Assembly: GCA_008632985.1 (NCBI GenBank) | Contig: QPGO01000338.1 | Location: 1-52,165, forward strand | Source of the DNA: Psammoneis japonica | Taxonomy: Eukaryota | Direction: 5' to 3' | DNA: 52,165 nt | Shown: positions 25,401 to 37,385 of the stretch, piece after piece | How positions within the stretch are numbered: position 1 is the first letter of the stretch | How the letters are laid out: every line of letters starts with the position of its first letter | The notes under the pieces: generated by a model | Told to the model about the DNA's origin: nothing | Seen by the model: only the letters and a program-made list of their open reading frames with translations | The model's database searches: none | Translations under genes and position numbers: made by a program

Positions 25401-25924
25401 TGTAAAGGAGACATGGGTGTCAGCGCTGTGAGACAACTGCTCAAATGAAGTCCTGTCCAAGAGTCTCCCACAGTTCAGAGACGGCCCCCGACGGACTCAA
25501 CACGAGCGATCATTCACTTGTCACTGTCTAAAATCCATGGATCGACCAAAGGTCGTTGGACGGCGAATAGGTACGCCTCATGTTTGTTGTTTCTCTTGTC
25601 TGTCGAGATGACGTTGTTCACGCTCCGTGTGATCGCAAAATCTTCTCCGTGAAAGTTCAATGCTTCTTTCATTTCTTTATTGGTTGACGGATGACAAGCT
25701 GATATGAATTTACCCATGTGAAATCTACTAGATATCCACTTGAGATCATGCTTCGGCGGAACCTCCACTACAACATTATATCACATACGCAGCTGTAGAT
25801 GCATCCGCATTCATTCATGCCAGCCGCAATGCATTCTGGAAGCGCAGTTTCAAGGAGTGTGTCGCTCTCTATCTCGTTCAAAATTCCACAATCTTGAAAG
25901 CTGTCTCGCATCCAGCTCATTTTT

Positions 25925-26400
25925 CTACTTTCTTGCCGTAACCTCGGCACCCACCACAAATTATTTGGTCCCCGACAACCACTGCTTGATGACCTCCCTA
26001 CTCCCGTCCTTGAGATTTACCTCCACCTCACGAAATCCCGCATCCACCGAGTATTCTTACACGGGCGCCAATTGTGGCGCCGCGGCAACTCAGCAATAGC
26101 CATCGCCTCGGCCGGCTTGAGGCGATGGGGTATCGGGTATAATCATTTCGGGGCAAATCACGACGTCAGACACGGCAATGCGACCACCCGGTTTGAGAAT
26201 GCGGTGTATTGCTTGAAACACCTGCGGCTTGTCAGGACTGAGATCGATGACGCAATTGCTCACAACACAACCCACCGTGCCGTCGGCACTACGGGAAGGT
26301 GTTCAATCTCTCCCAAACGGAATTTGACATTGGTCGTCTTCTTGTTGGCATGACTTCGTGCCTTGTAAATCTTTGTAGGGTGTCATGTCGACACTGCAAT
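25925..26400 (-). pseudogene. Arsenite methyltransferase (AS3MT/ArsM-like), 5'-truncated and frameshifted
   Basis: VDMTP...[64 protein letters not shown] and FVVGAEVTARK*. Confidence 0.85.
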
Positions 26401-26649
26401 GACAAGATTGGGCTAGAGACGACTCGAGGCACCTGTGAAGTCTCACAATTTTGATCAGTTTTTCCTTTTTGAAAGTGTTTCGAAATGTTTCATTCAGTCT
26501 CGTATAAAATTATTAATTTTCGGCGATCGGACATTTTGATAAGAAGATTGTGGTACGACACCCTCGTACGTTTCTACGATAAATCCTCAGTCACAAACCT
26601 TGCTTGCAACGCCAAAATCTCAGCGCATCGAAAGACCACACCATTCACG

Positions 26650-28150
26650 ATGCTTTCAAAATCAATGACATCCACGATGTACAAACAAACAATGAGATAC
26701 AATCACTCTACCCGCACCGTTCCAATGGAAGACATGGGCCGAGCTCGAATGACATGGAAGACTTCCGAGGGGAGGAAAAGAAGCCGGCAGCTAACCGAAG
26801 CGGAGCTCGAACGCGAGATGCAGCTTTCAAGAATCGGAAGCCTTCCGAAACGTCTCCAATGGCAGCCGCTCGTTCAGGTGACTACTATTCCAAATAAACA
26901 TGAAACCTCCAATGTGTACTTGCTTGACGAGTCGACGGAATCGACTGCCTTGGGACCACACACACCATGCGAAGGCATTTTGAGATCGTCACGTTTGCCA
27001 GTTTTGCCGGAGCTTTCTGGATGGATGCCGATTTATATGCATTCAAATGAATCAAGGCTACTCCAGTGTCGGAATGAGTGCTCCCAGCACAATCACTACT
27101 CAGGTGTCATGCAACGGATTGCTGGCCAGTCTTCGAATGAATGCCTCTTTGTCGATGAGTGCTCGGGTGACAAGAGAAAACGTCCAAACAACAGGGAGTA
27201 CGATTCTCGGAAGCGCCGTCGCACATCCTACTATCATGTTGTTCCCCGTCTAGAGGAGAGTGGTGACCAAGGGAGCAGTCATTCTTCTTCCATGCCGGAT
27301 CTCATGGGTCAAAACCTCCGCCCAAAGACCATTCGTGCCCCAAGGAAAAGACGAATGAACTCGCACTCCAAACCTGATCATTCCTTGTACTTTATGGAGC
27401 ACTTTACAGCACGGGAATCTTTGGATGGATGGTTTATAGACACCTTTTCTGGCGTGAAGAGAGAGTTCTCAAACAGAATGCTGCGCCCTCGGAAACGACG
27501 CCTAATCATTCGTGATGACGATGAAGCGAGTGTTGGCCTTGACGTCAGTTCTAGTCCTGAGCAGGGAAGTCAGAGAGTAAGTCGTATCGTACCGTATCAT
27601 CCGCACTGTCATTCTATCCCGCCTTTTTCATTGTCAATTGACTAAAGCTTGTTTCTACTTTACTCTATAACCACAGTCTATACCTGAGCAGTCCATTCAA
27701 CATGAGCCATCTGCCGTTGCATCTTCTACGATAGAGATTCCTTCCGACGAAAGCGATGCGTTTGGTTTAGATGAGGATCACGTCCAAGCGGTGACCGTCC
27801 CTACGGTGGTGTCAACGGTGCAAGAATCCCTCATTACGGATGACCAAGCCTCTGAGACGTTGTCAGCATTGGTGCCTTCAGAGCAAGAGATCCCTTCCGA
27901 CTCGAGCGATGAGAGCCTTCCAGACCAGCACGGTGTTGAGGGGCTGTCGGTCGATACTGAACAGGCAGATGAAGCCGAGCACGTTCAAGCACCTACCTCC
28001 CTCATTACGGACAGCAGTGCTTCTATTGTTCCAAGGCGGTCTGCTCGACTCAGAGCAGCTTTGGGAAGCGTGTATGTTCTTTCCGCTGATGGGCGAACTA
28101 TTCGAAGGTCGGCTAGAATCTTGAACCGTCAAGGCGGCGTAGTGGGATAG
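26650..28150 (+). CDS. Hypothetical low-complexity, probably nuclear protein with twin C-terminal RRSAR motifs; one intron (27577-27676)
   Basis: A phase-0 GTAAGT...GACTAA...CACAG intron joins ORF 26485-27645 in frame to ORF 27791-28150. Ends PRRSARLRAALGSVYVLSADGRTIRRSARIL; several basic clusters. Confidence 0.65.
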
Positions 28151-28201
28151 TTCAAGTGCCTACGGGAATGAAGAAATACCTTGGAGGAGAGAAGAGTGGG
28201 G

Positions 28202-28204
<3 letters not shown>

Positions 28205-28235
<31 letters not shown>
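28205..28235 (+). repeat. (AG)n microsatellite
   Basis: Perfect AG run followed by degenerate GA-rich sequence. Confidence 0.95.
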
Positions 28236-28236
<1 letters not shown>

Positions 28237-28804
28237 GCGGAATGGAGAGAGGAGCAGAACTTGGAGAGAAAGAGAGAGAGACGGGGAGCGGAGTATATAG
28301 AAAAGAGAAAGCGTCGATTCGTAGAGTCCTAGAGAGGTCAAGAGAGGAAGAAAATGAATTTAGGGAAATGGCGAGGCAAGAAGAAGATTGAGTTCGGTAA
28401 GGACTGTAGGTAGTAACACTCACACTTGCTTTTGTTTGCTTCAGCGGTTCCGAATGGATAAATTGAGTCTGCCGGCGAGTTTTCTGACCACATTCTGACT
28501 CCGTATGAATAATCAAGGTCCTGTTGCTTTCGTGTATAACGATCGGTAAGTTTCGGGTGAGCAGCGATATTCTGTCGATAGTGCGGAATCTTCGTGGCGC
28601 CTGCAGTTCGGTACATATCACGCACAACACGCACCTTTACATTCAACATTTCGGATTCAGCTTTGAGGGTTTGAAAACTCGGCAACAGACTTTTTTAAAC
28701 ATTCCATGGTGGACCGAAAAGCGGTGGACAGTGTGGCACTTAGAGTGCGGACGGATCCAGTCTTGTTCCTGCAATGAAGTACTTGATGATTTTAATACCT
28801 TTAC

Positions 28805-29295
28805 TAGTCGGAAAGTTTTCTGTTGGGTTTTCACAAAAATAGCATAGTTGTGTTAGGAACATTTGATAGGCGTACGGAGAGTTTTCAAGCTTCACGCTCA
28901 ATTGCGCATGCTGGAAACTCGTACCTTTCACGCTCATAACATAGCCTTTTCGTTAAAGTTAGTTTTCCAGTAAGTATCATCCAATGCAATTCTTGTAGTT
29001 CCATCTTGTCAGGGTGTAACAATACTCGGAATTCGCAAACTCTTGTCAGCACCCAACGGACCCTTTCTTTTTACAATGGATTAATCAATGATTACAGGAA
29101 CTCTCATGTCGAATATTTTTTGTTGGGGTTGAGAGTAATGTGACTTCGTTAGGATGTAAGGCGTACGAAGAGTTTTGAAGCAACTAGTTCAAATGCGCTT
29201 TGAAAGCTCGTATCTTTACGCTCGTAACTCTTAACGTAGGCTTTGTTCATTCAGTTTCTAGCCCACCAAGCATTTTAACTTTTTCCAGTAATCAT
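28805..29295 (+). repeat. Diverged direct duplication (period ~290-300 bp)
   Basis: GTTAGGA..AGGCGTACG(G/A)AGAGTTTT(C/G)AAGC..CTCGTA(C/T)CTTT(C)ACGCTC..TTTTCCAGTAA at ~28852-28975 and ~29148-29292. Confidence 0.75.
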
Positions 29296-29758
29296 CGTGT
29301 ATTGCAGTTGCTGCGTGAACTAGTGCTCGTACCGTAACCAACGTCTGTTCAGCGTGTGATCCCCAATCGTCATGGATTTTGCAAAGGCGTCATGATGGAT
29401 TGTTCCCTCAGATCACATCTGGCCAACATTCGTGCTGTATGGCGGTGGGCAAGCTAGGATCTTAACGAGATGGGCAGATAGATCACAAAACCAGCGATCT
29501 TCTTCGAAAGGTCTTTCTTGGATGCAATGCCGGAAATATAATAACCCTTTGACTGAATTGAGCGCTTTCTTGCAAAAGAATTCGACGAGCGCGTACAGCA
29601 GAACTTTTATCTCTTGCGACCAGCCTACTGTAGAAGCTCTCGCCGGAAAATGGGCTACCCTCACTCTAGCTGGCGGGCAGAGCGGCTAGCTACCCACACT
29701 TCCCAACTGAGCCGAGCTTGAACGGTCCAATCTCTATACAGAGAGGGCTTTCCACGCA

Positions 29759-31170
29759 TCAAACGCAAAAATAAATGCCTGTCCGCAAACCATCATCCAA
29801 CTCTGGTCCAGTACAGGAGGCACTAATTGCACACGATGGGCTTTCGACTTCAGTGAGGCAACGGACAAAACATCCATCTCGAACGAACCATAGCTTGTGG
29901 ATGCCTGCGTCTATTCTCACAGCTTCTCTGGGCGGTCCTGGCCATATATCCACTACATCATGTTGGATTTTGGGAGCGTATGACTTGGCCCTCTCAACAC
30001 GGTTGCAAAGTACCACTCATCTCAATTTGGATTGGCAGTGTCCTTTCCAACTAGAACACCAAGACAACAACACATCCATTGCTGCCATTGAGATACTTCA
30101 GAATCTGGTACATTCCCGTGGACATGAAGCCAACCTCCGTTATCATGACGCAAGGCCTTGACAGCTGTTCTCCAACCGCCCTCTCTGCTCGGGAGTAGTC
30201 CAAGACTGACTCGATCAAACTTGTCGACCAGCTTATGCTATCGAGCGATATGCCGACACCCCCCCACGTATACTGTTGCTCTATCCGCCACACCATTTTG
30301 TTGAAGGTTGTACTTTAGGGCAAACGCAGTATGTGGGTTCCACTCACAAGCAACAACGTGAGATGCCTTGCCCTTGATTAGGGCCGGAAGAGTATAATAA
30401 CCAATACCAGCGTACATATCCAGCACCAAATCACGCTCTTGCACCAGTTCATTTCCAAATCGAATTTTCTCGGTGATATTGCCTCTGCTGAACATAACTC
30501 GCGTCAAATCAAAGCTCTGTCGAATTCGCTGTTCCGTGACTGTAATCCATCCCGGCGAACTGGGACCAACACAATCCGACGCGTCATCGACACTAGGCCA
30601 GAGTAAGACATGTCCACTCTCACGAATTGGACTGTTAGGGTCGACATCACCGCGGCGCACAACTCGGGGGCTGTCATACAGATTTGCCAACCGTCGCAAT
30701 ATCTCAATCAGTGTCACATCAACCCGGGGGTCGTCGCTGTCATTAATTTTGGTACAGAATGTAATCAAGACAAGAATTCGCTGCCTCGTTAAGAACAGGC
30801 ACGTTGGTTGAACATGGATCATTGTTTCCATAAGAGCTTGCTGAGTTCTTATCATTCCAGCATCGAAGCTATGCAATACCGTCGTGGAATGCTACTTTCA
30901 ACTTGCGGTTTCCCAACACCGCCGTGCTGTACGGACAAACCTGTCGCCCAGCGTTGCAACCACCACGCTTTTGCAGTCGGCATAAGGTTGGGATAATTCG
31001 ACTGAATCAGTATCGCTGTCGAGATCCCAGGTCGTGGTGTCGACCTTCGTCATACGGAAGTCCCATGAATGAAGCAAATCATGTTTCTCCGAAAAGATCT
31101 TGATTATTCGTTTGGCATTTTTGCTTTCGAAATACAAGACGCTTGAACGATTTGCCTGCTGATCTACCAT
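29759..31170 (-). pseudogene. TYW2: tRNA wybutosine-synthesizing protein 2 (TYW2/TRM12) homolog with nonsense codon and frameshifts
   Basis: RVMFSRGNITEKIRFG, VLDMYAGIGYYTLP, VVACEWNP, then an in-frame TAG (30238-30240) followed by DRVSLGLLPS.EGGW..AVKAL...GGWLHVHGNV, and later KSYAPKIQH. Confidence 0.85.
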
Positions 31171-31321
31171 ACATAATTTCATAAGATACAAACGCAACAA
31201 AACAAACAAGCTGCAGAAGCGGCTACGCGGTCTCTGTGAAGCATAGAGTGAAGGTCATCGTCGCAAAAGCTCATCTGCGTACTTCTACTCGCGCAAAAAA
31301 TAAAAAACACCCCGACTACCG

Positions 31322-31465
31322 ACCGTCCGACCGTCGTACGCTGATTTGTAAATTCACACCACCTCTGCATCCTGCATCCGACACACAAAAAACACACCGC
31401 ACCATGGTGTGTTAATTTCGGAGGCCTACCACTGTATAACCATAACGATTTGACAAGCGATACGT
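31322..31465 (+). repeat. Dispersed non-coding repeat, copy B
   Basis: Homologous to 22320-22440. Confidence 0.8.
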
Positions 31466-31676
31466 TGCACAGTTGCTATTGATACTATGACCAATGTCGG
31501 ACGATTTCCACGTCGAATTATCTATCAGCTACTCGATGGAACTTCAATCGAAGCTATGTCAAAGTTGGGGTCTTCAGTGGCGCTCCCGAGATCAGTTCCA
31601 AGGACTTTAGAATCGTGGACAGGAAAATCAAGGATTTTATCACGCTATCGACAAACCTCACCGTGATTTTGAGAGA

Positions 31677-32348
31677 TTGAAGTTTACTAATGCGCAGCGG
31701 TGGGAGAGGGATCTATACAAGAAGAGTATCGATAATTTGACCCAACAAAAAGATTTGCTTCATGCAAAAATGGCTTTAGCGGGATCTCAAGGTGCACGTC
31801 CGGCAATCCATCATCAACCCCCCCCTGCGCGTTCTGTCACGCCTCCTCCGACCAATTCCAGTCGCCCAACAACTAACAGTCCTCCAGGAGAAGCCTTGAG
31901 ATCAACAGGGAGTGTCCCTGCAGTATCAGGTGGCTCAACACCATCGACTTCGGCCGCGGCTAGCGACGGAAGCGGCGACAAGGAGCCCAAAGCTGTTGGG
32001 CTGTTGCGGGAACTCAACAACGCCCTATTTGCAAACAACACCGGTCCCAGTCCTTCCAATAGTCTCANCTCTGTTCTTGCCGGCTCGACCAAGGAATTCA
32101 AAGAGGAAGAACCATACTGTGTCACTGGAATGGAGGGTGAATGTATTCTTCCCGACGACTTGTTTCCGCACACGACTGCAGAAGAGATTGGCATTGAGTT
32201 GAAGCACGAGTTGGAAGAGATTACTCACGAGATTGAAGTGATTGGACACGACATTGCCCATTTAGTCTTTTACCAAGATGAAGTAGAGCAAAGTGTGGTA
32301 GAGGGGAATGCCGAATCGGAAAAGGAGGATGAAATGGCTTTCAAGTAG
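31677..32348 (+). CDS. Hypothetical protein fragment (coiled-coil, Pro/Ser-rich, acidic tail), possibly chimeric
   Basis: 223-aa ORF with no clear ATG start; contains an N at 32068 near a switch in composition. Confidence 0.35.
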   Translation: MKFTNAQRWERDLYKKSIDNLTQQKDLLHAKMALAGSQGARPAIHHQPPPARSVTPPPTNSSRPTTNSPPGEALRSTGSVPAVSGGSTPSTSAAASDGSGDKEPKAVGLLRELNNALFANNTGPSPSNSLXSVLAGSTKEFKEEEPYCVTGMEGECILPDDLFPHTTAEEIGIELKHELEEITHEIEVIGHDIAHLVFYQDEVEQSVVEGNAESEKEDEMAFK

Positions 32349-32689
32349 ACTGTTACGCCTCTATCTGTAGCAGTGCACTACAGTTCGAAAAGAACGCAAG
32401 GAGCAGTGTTGCCTTTTCCTTTTAGCTACAGACGCCTATGCTAGAGTAGTAAACGATGAAAATCTTGCTCTAACTAGTGTTATAGAACGGGCTATCGAAG
32501 ATATAAGAGACGACTCTCTCTAGCTAGTCTAGAGTAGTCAACTACCGGTATTATTTAGTCGATGGAGTCAAATAGGTGCTGAGCTGTTCGCAGAACCCCA
32601 CTCATTTCCAATTTTTCTCCTCACTTTTTCTTTTTTCTCTCGCATCTCGCTCACATTTTTCCATATTCTCTGTCGACGAAACAAACACC

Positions 32690-34854
32690 ATGGCCAAGTA
32701 CAAGCGCCGCTATCCTCAAAAGAAGCAGGGCGATGAGAGATATGTTGTAAAATTAGAGCAAGAGATTGAGAGTCTGGAACAGCGGATTGCTGCAGAAGCT
32801 CCTGATCGAGGGTATTCTCCTCCGCTTGGTCAGCAGGTTTCGTTTCGAGCGCTGCCCTTGTCGGAAGCAACGTTGCGTGTATTGGATGGAGCTAACTTCG
32901 TCACCCTGAAATACAAAACGCTTGTATTCCTCATGCGCTGTGTGGAAGAGACATTTTAGGCGCAGCACGAACGGGCTCGGGAAAAACTCTTGCGTTTCTG
33001 GTGCCTGTTATTGAAAAACTGTTTCGCTCGAAATACACTCCATCCCACGGGCCTGGTGCTCTTGTTCTAAGTCCGACTCGCGAGCTTGCGGTGCAGATCT
33101 TTCAAGTTTTGAAAAAGGTGGGACAGCATCATACATTGTCAGCTGGACTTACTAGTAGTGGGCGGCAAAAAAGAGTATCATGTCGAACAACAGCATGTCG
33201 GATCCACAGATATCCTCGTGGCTACACCGGGACGTTTGTTGCAGCACTTGGAACACACACCAAACTTTGACGCGCTACAAATCTTGGAATATCTACCGAG
33301 CGAACGACAAACTTTGTTGTTTTCTGCAACGCAGACGAAACGAGTTTCTGATTTGGCGGCGTTGTCTTTGAAAAAGCCCGAATACCTTGGTGTACATGAT
33401 AAGGAGTCAACATCTACTCCATCCAATCTGGTTCAGTCTGTCGTTGTGGTTCCTCTCGAGCACAAGCTCAACATGGTATATTCCTTTATCAAGTCACATC
33501 TCAAGTCAAAATCGATTATATTCTTGGCGTCGTGTTAGTAAGTACGCTTTGCGTGACAGCTCTTTTGTGGGCTTCAACCCGGTATTCCCGTCATGGCATT
33601 GCATGGCAAGCTGGTATAAACCAAACGAACCTCTATTTATTTTGACGTTGTCCATCGACCCAACGCCGTCTTGTTTGCGACAGACGTCGTAGCGCGCGGG
33701 TTGGACTTTGCAAGTGTCGATTGGGTCGTTCAAGTGGATACGCCCGAAGACCAAGACATGTATATTCATCGTGTGGGACGAAAAGCACGGTCCAATCGTG
33801 GTGGAAAGTCGTAGTTGTGTGTCACGCCACAAGAAGAAGCCGGCATGTTGGAATTGCTGAGCAAGTCTCGCGTGCCGTTGAAAAGTTGGCCATGATCCCA
33901 ACCAAGACGGTTCTTGTTACCCAACGTGCAGCCTCGCTTGTCGCGTCAAATCCTAAGCTACAATCGCTTGCGAAGAAAGCGTTTCAGTCCTATCTACGAT
34001 CGATTCATTTAATGCCAAATAAGGAAATATTCAAGTTGGATGACTTGGCCGTGAACGAGTTTGCCACTTCTCTGTGACTACCCTTTACTCCCAACCTTCG
34101 ATTTCTACCAAAACTCAAGGATCGCACGCAGGTGCGCAAATCCAAAAATGTCAATCACAAGCTTCAAAAGCTCAAGGAGCAAATCAAGGCGGAAAAGTTG
34201 GCGAAAAAGATTGCTAAACTCGACAACAAGAAGCGTCCGCTGACAAGTACAAACATGGAAGAGAACGAAGAGGACGACTTGTTGGTTGTTAAGCAACGGC
34301 ATGACTGGAGCAAGGAGGATGTTGACGCAACCGAGGGTGGCATTCATGAAGTTACCAAATCTCGAAAGGCAAAGAGAATCAAGGTCGATGGAGGTTCAGA
34401 TATCAAGAATAAACGAATCGTCTTTGATGACGATGGGCAGGAACAGGATCCTACAATGCTTTCCTTGAAAAATATGGACACTATGCATCAGGTACCGGAC
34501 TCGTTGGCGGATGCAAATCAATCCTATGTCGACAAGGTGCGTCAGCAGTTGGAGGATAATATGAAGCAGGATCGTCAACAGGAAAAAGAGCGAGTACGGG
34601 AAATGCATTTGCAGAAACGAATCAAAGCAAAGGGCGCATTGGATGAGCAGCAGCAGGATACTGGCATGATGGTGACTCTTGGCGGACATAGTGACGACGA
34701 GGTGTCTAATAGTAGTAGTAGCAGCGACGAGGAGGGCGATTCAGAATCGTCGGCATCATCATCAAGTAGTAGCGATGATCGGGATGCTCGTGGCAGCGTA
34801 GACGTCAAGGCGCAAGAAGACATGGCCCTGGCCATGATTCGAAAAGGCGTGTAG
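32690..34854 (+). pseudogene. DBP4: DEAD-box rRNA helicase DDX10/DBP4, heavily decayed
   Basis: [59 protein letters not shown] and AKKAFQSYLRSIHLMPNKEIF. The motif II (DEAD) region is deleted between TPNFD and ALQILEYLP; several TAG/TAA/TGA stops and frameshifts. Confidence 0.93.
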
Positions 34855-35081
34855 CTATCGTGTGATGTACGAGAACACGGAAGAACGTCTGACATTCCTC
34901 GTGTAAATCTCCGATAGCCAAATGCGCTCTAGTAGCAGTACTTGATTCATGGCAACTAGAGTAGACTCTTTGGTCGACTAATAGAAATACTTCGTACGCA
35001 AGCTTTACACAATATCTGACGAAACAGGACAGTAATACAACCACTACACGGTTAAACCTCGGCCCTACTAAATTATCACTA

Positions 35082-37385
35082 GACGCAACGGAATGCGTGA
35101 CAGCATTGGAGCCGCTGTCCATGACGTCCGATTCCGTTCATGCACAACTCAGCAACAAGTCTTTTTTGCTGTCTTTGTCTCCAGCAAGTGCAGCTTGTGG
35201 TCAATTCCCAAGAACCAGAGATGCTTTGTTGACTCCCAGCAGCAGATGGCAAGCAATTGCCTTGCTTCCAGTGTGGCTGTTCCATGCCCTTTTTGTGATC
35301 ATGTCAAGCCAAAATTGCTTGTGTTTTCCACTCCTGCCTGTGCTGTCACATTGATGATTGGGTGAGTTCACACATGCATCAATCTGAACACAGATGAAAA
35401 AACAACTGGTTTTAAATTCTGCTGCACCTTTGCCCAGCATTGCCAGCACCGGCTGACCCACCACACTTCCAGTGCAGCACCAAGTGTGTGCCAGAAAAAA
35501 AGAGCTAGCCAGGAGATGGCACCCAATGAGTGCAGCTGGCAATGGTGCAGGCACCCCAAAGCATGAGCACTTTGTTGCCAATTTTGGGCTCTCACTCAAT
35601 CGTGGACAAAGTGCTGCAACCCAGTTCCTGATCTGGGTTGTTGAGTGTGTCTTGCTGCACTCCTCTGCCTGATCCACAATGAGCACCAGCTGGTCTTTGG
35701 CCAGGCACTCCTGGCATTTGTTGCATGTGGGCTGGCCCTGAAATCTGCCTCAGCCAGTTCTTGTTTTCTGACTGGAACTGTCTCAGCAAGGCCAAGTCAC
35801 ACAACAGTTGAGCCAAGCATTGCGGGGTGACAAACTGTTGCCAGCCAACCTCAGTGTGCACATCTCAAAGGGCTCAATCATGACACTCTGCCTCAGCATC
35901 CAAAAAGCTTCAATGGCCCTCTCTTTGAGCCAAGTGAGTGCCCCAACATTCTAACATCCAAGTCACCAAGACATCGTTGAGGATCCAGAACAGCAGCACA
36001 TCTGTGCTCAACATTTGCTCAGGTCTGACAAGGCCAGCCATCTCTGGAAAGACAAAAGATGTCACAGACTTGACTTGTCATTGCAGCTCCACTCCAGATC
36101 ATGTGGCAGCAGCTGTTCAAGCTCAAGCCCAGTTGAATTCTGCACTGCTCACTGAGCATTTGCTGCTTGGTCTGTTGCACCAAAAAGGCAGGGTTCCAAG
36201 GCAGCTTTCACACTTTTTGCTTGCAAAGCACTGTCATGCATGGTGAGCCTGTCTGAAGGTGCCTGTTGCTTCAGCATCAGATTGCTTGCATGTCCCTGGG
36301 ACATTGAATTGACAAATTTTCCTCAAAGTTCAGTCAACACCTGTGATCTGCTGGGAGTTTTGACCACTCACCAAAACACCCCACCAACCAATTTGCTGCT
36401 GCCTTTTACCCAAGCTGCTCTGTGTTCCTGAGAACATGAGCTGTGCACTAAAATGTGTTCATTGTGCAGCTCCACAAAATCAGCAATGCAGTGACAAGCA
36501 CAGCAGATTGTCTTGAAAATTGTGTGCTCACAGTGTGCCTCATGCACTCTGTTCATTGGATGGCCACGCCTTCCTCACAGCATCAGATTGTGGCTCACCC
36601 TCCACAAAGAGACAACTCACTCTCTGAGCCACTCACTCCAAAGCTTCCCAATGAGAAAAGTGACATGCTTGCCTCGACAACTGCCGCGGCACTTGCTTTG
36701 TTGTGTTGGAACTGTGACTGCAAGCATCATTCTAAAAATGTCTGAGATTGAAAGCATCAGTGTCAAAATGTCTTTGAGATGCACTTTCATTCCTTTTCTG
36801 TGAGAAAGGCAAAAAAGCCTCTGAAAGATTTTCTCATCTACAAAAAATTNNNNNNNNNNNNNNNNNNNNNNTTTTTCCCCCCCCCCCCCCCCTTCCCCTG
36901 CAATCTTTCCACATGTTGCATCTGCTGACCCATCATGCTGTCCCTGGGCAGCTGCAAAATGCCACATCACAAGCAATGGAAAGATCAGCAAATGAAATCT
37001 GTGCATTGCTGTCAGAACTCTGTTTTCACATCATGGCCATGTTTGCACCTCAAATGTTGGTGACAAGCATGGAGCAAGTTGATGCCCTTGCATTGCATTG
37101 CCAGTGGGCAGAAGAGGAGAACACTTGCACAAAACAGAGCCTGAGCCCCAAGAAGCAAAGCTGCCAACAATTGCAGTTCTCTGCACAGAGTCAGTTGGGC
37201 TGTCTGGTGCAAATGAATCACTCAAATTCTGAGAATGATCGTTGAGGGCATTGGAGTTCATGGGAACTGGCACATGGAACTGTTTTTCAGAAGAGCTCAA
37301 AACTGCTGAAAATTGGGATTGCTGATGGTGGCATGTTTGAACATTCGCCCAGCTTTGCACAAAGACAATTTGCAGCATGCGACTG
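35082..37385. other. TpA/CpG-depleted hypermutated block IV (weaker depletion resumes ~37840-38260)
   Basis: Near absence of TA and CG; Tyr-free ORFs; starts within ~230 bp of the DBP4 stop codon. Confidence 0.9.
36850..36871. other. Assembly gap
   Basis: Run of N next to a poly-C tract. Confidence 0.99.

Noticed and set aside
22900..25770. Short ORFs with protein-like stretches
   Set aside because: Probably gene debris, but no family motif could be recognised, so they are not annotated.
33536..33620. Stop-codon reassignment (TAG/TAA read as Gln) suggested by in-frame stops in DBP4, TYW2 and the NDC1-like gene
   Set aside because: DBP4 and TYW2 also carry frameshifts, DBP4 lacks an essential motif, and TAA/TAG end other genes normally; ordinary nonsense decay is simpler.
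3170..37385. Classical fungal RIP or simple CpG methylation decay as the explanation for the blocks
   Set aside because: RIP increases TpA and depletes CpA/TpG, the opposite of what is seen. 5mC decay explains only CG loss, and block I loses TA while keeping CG.
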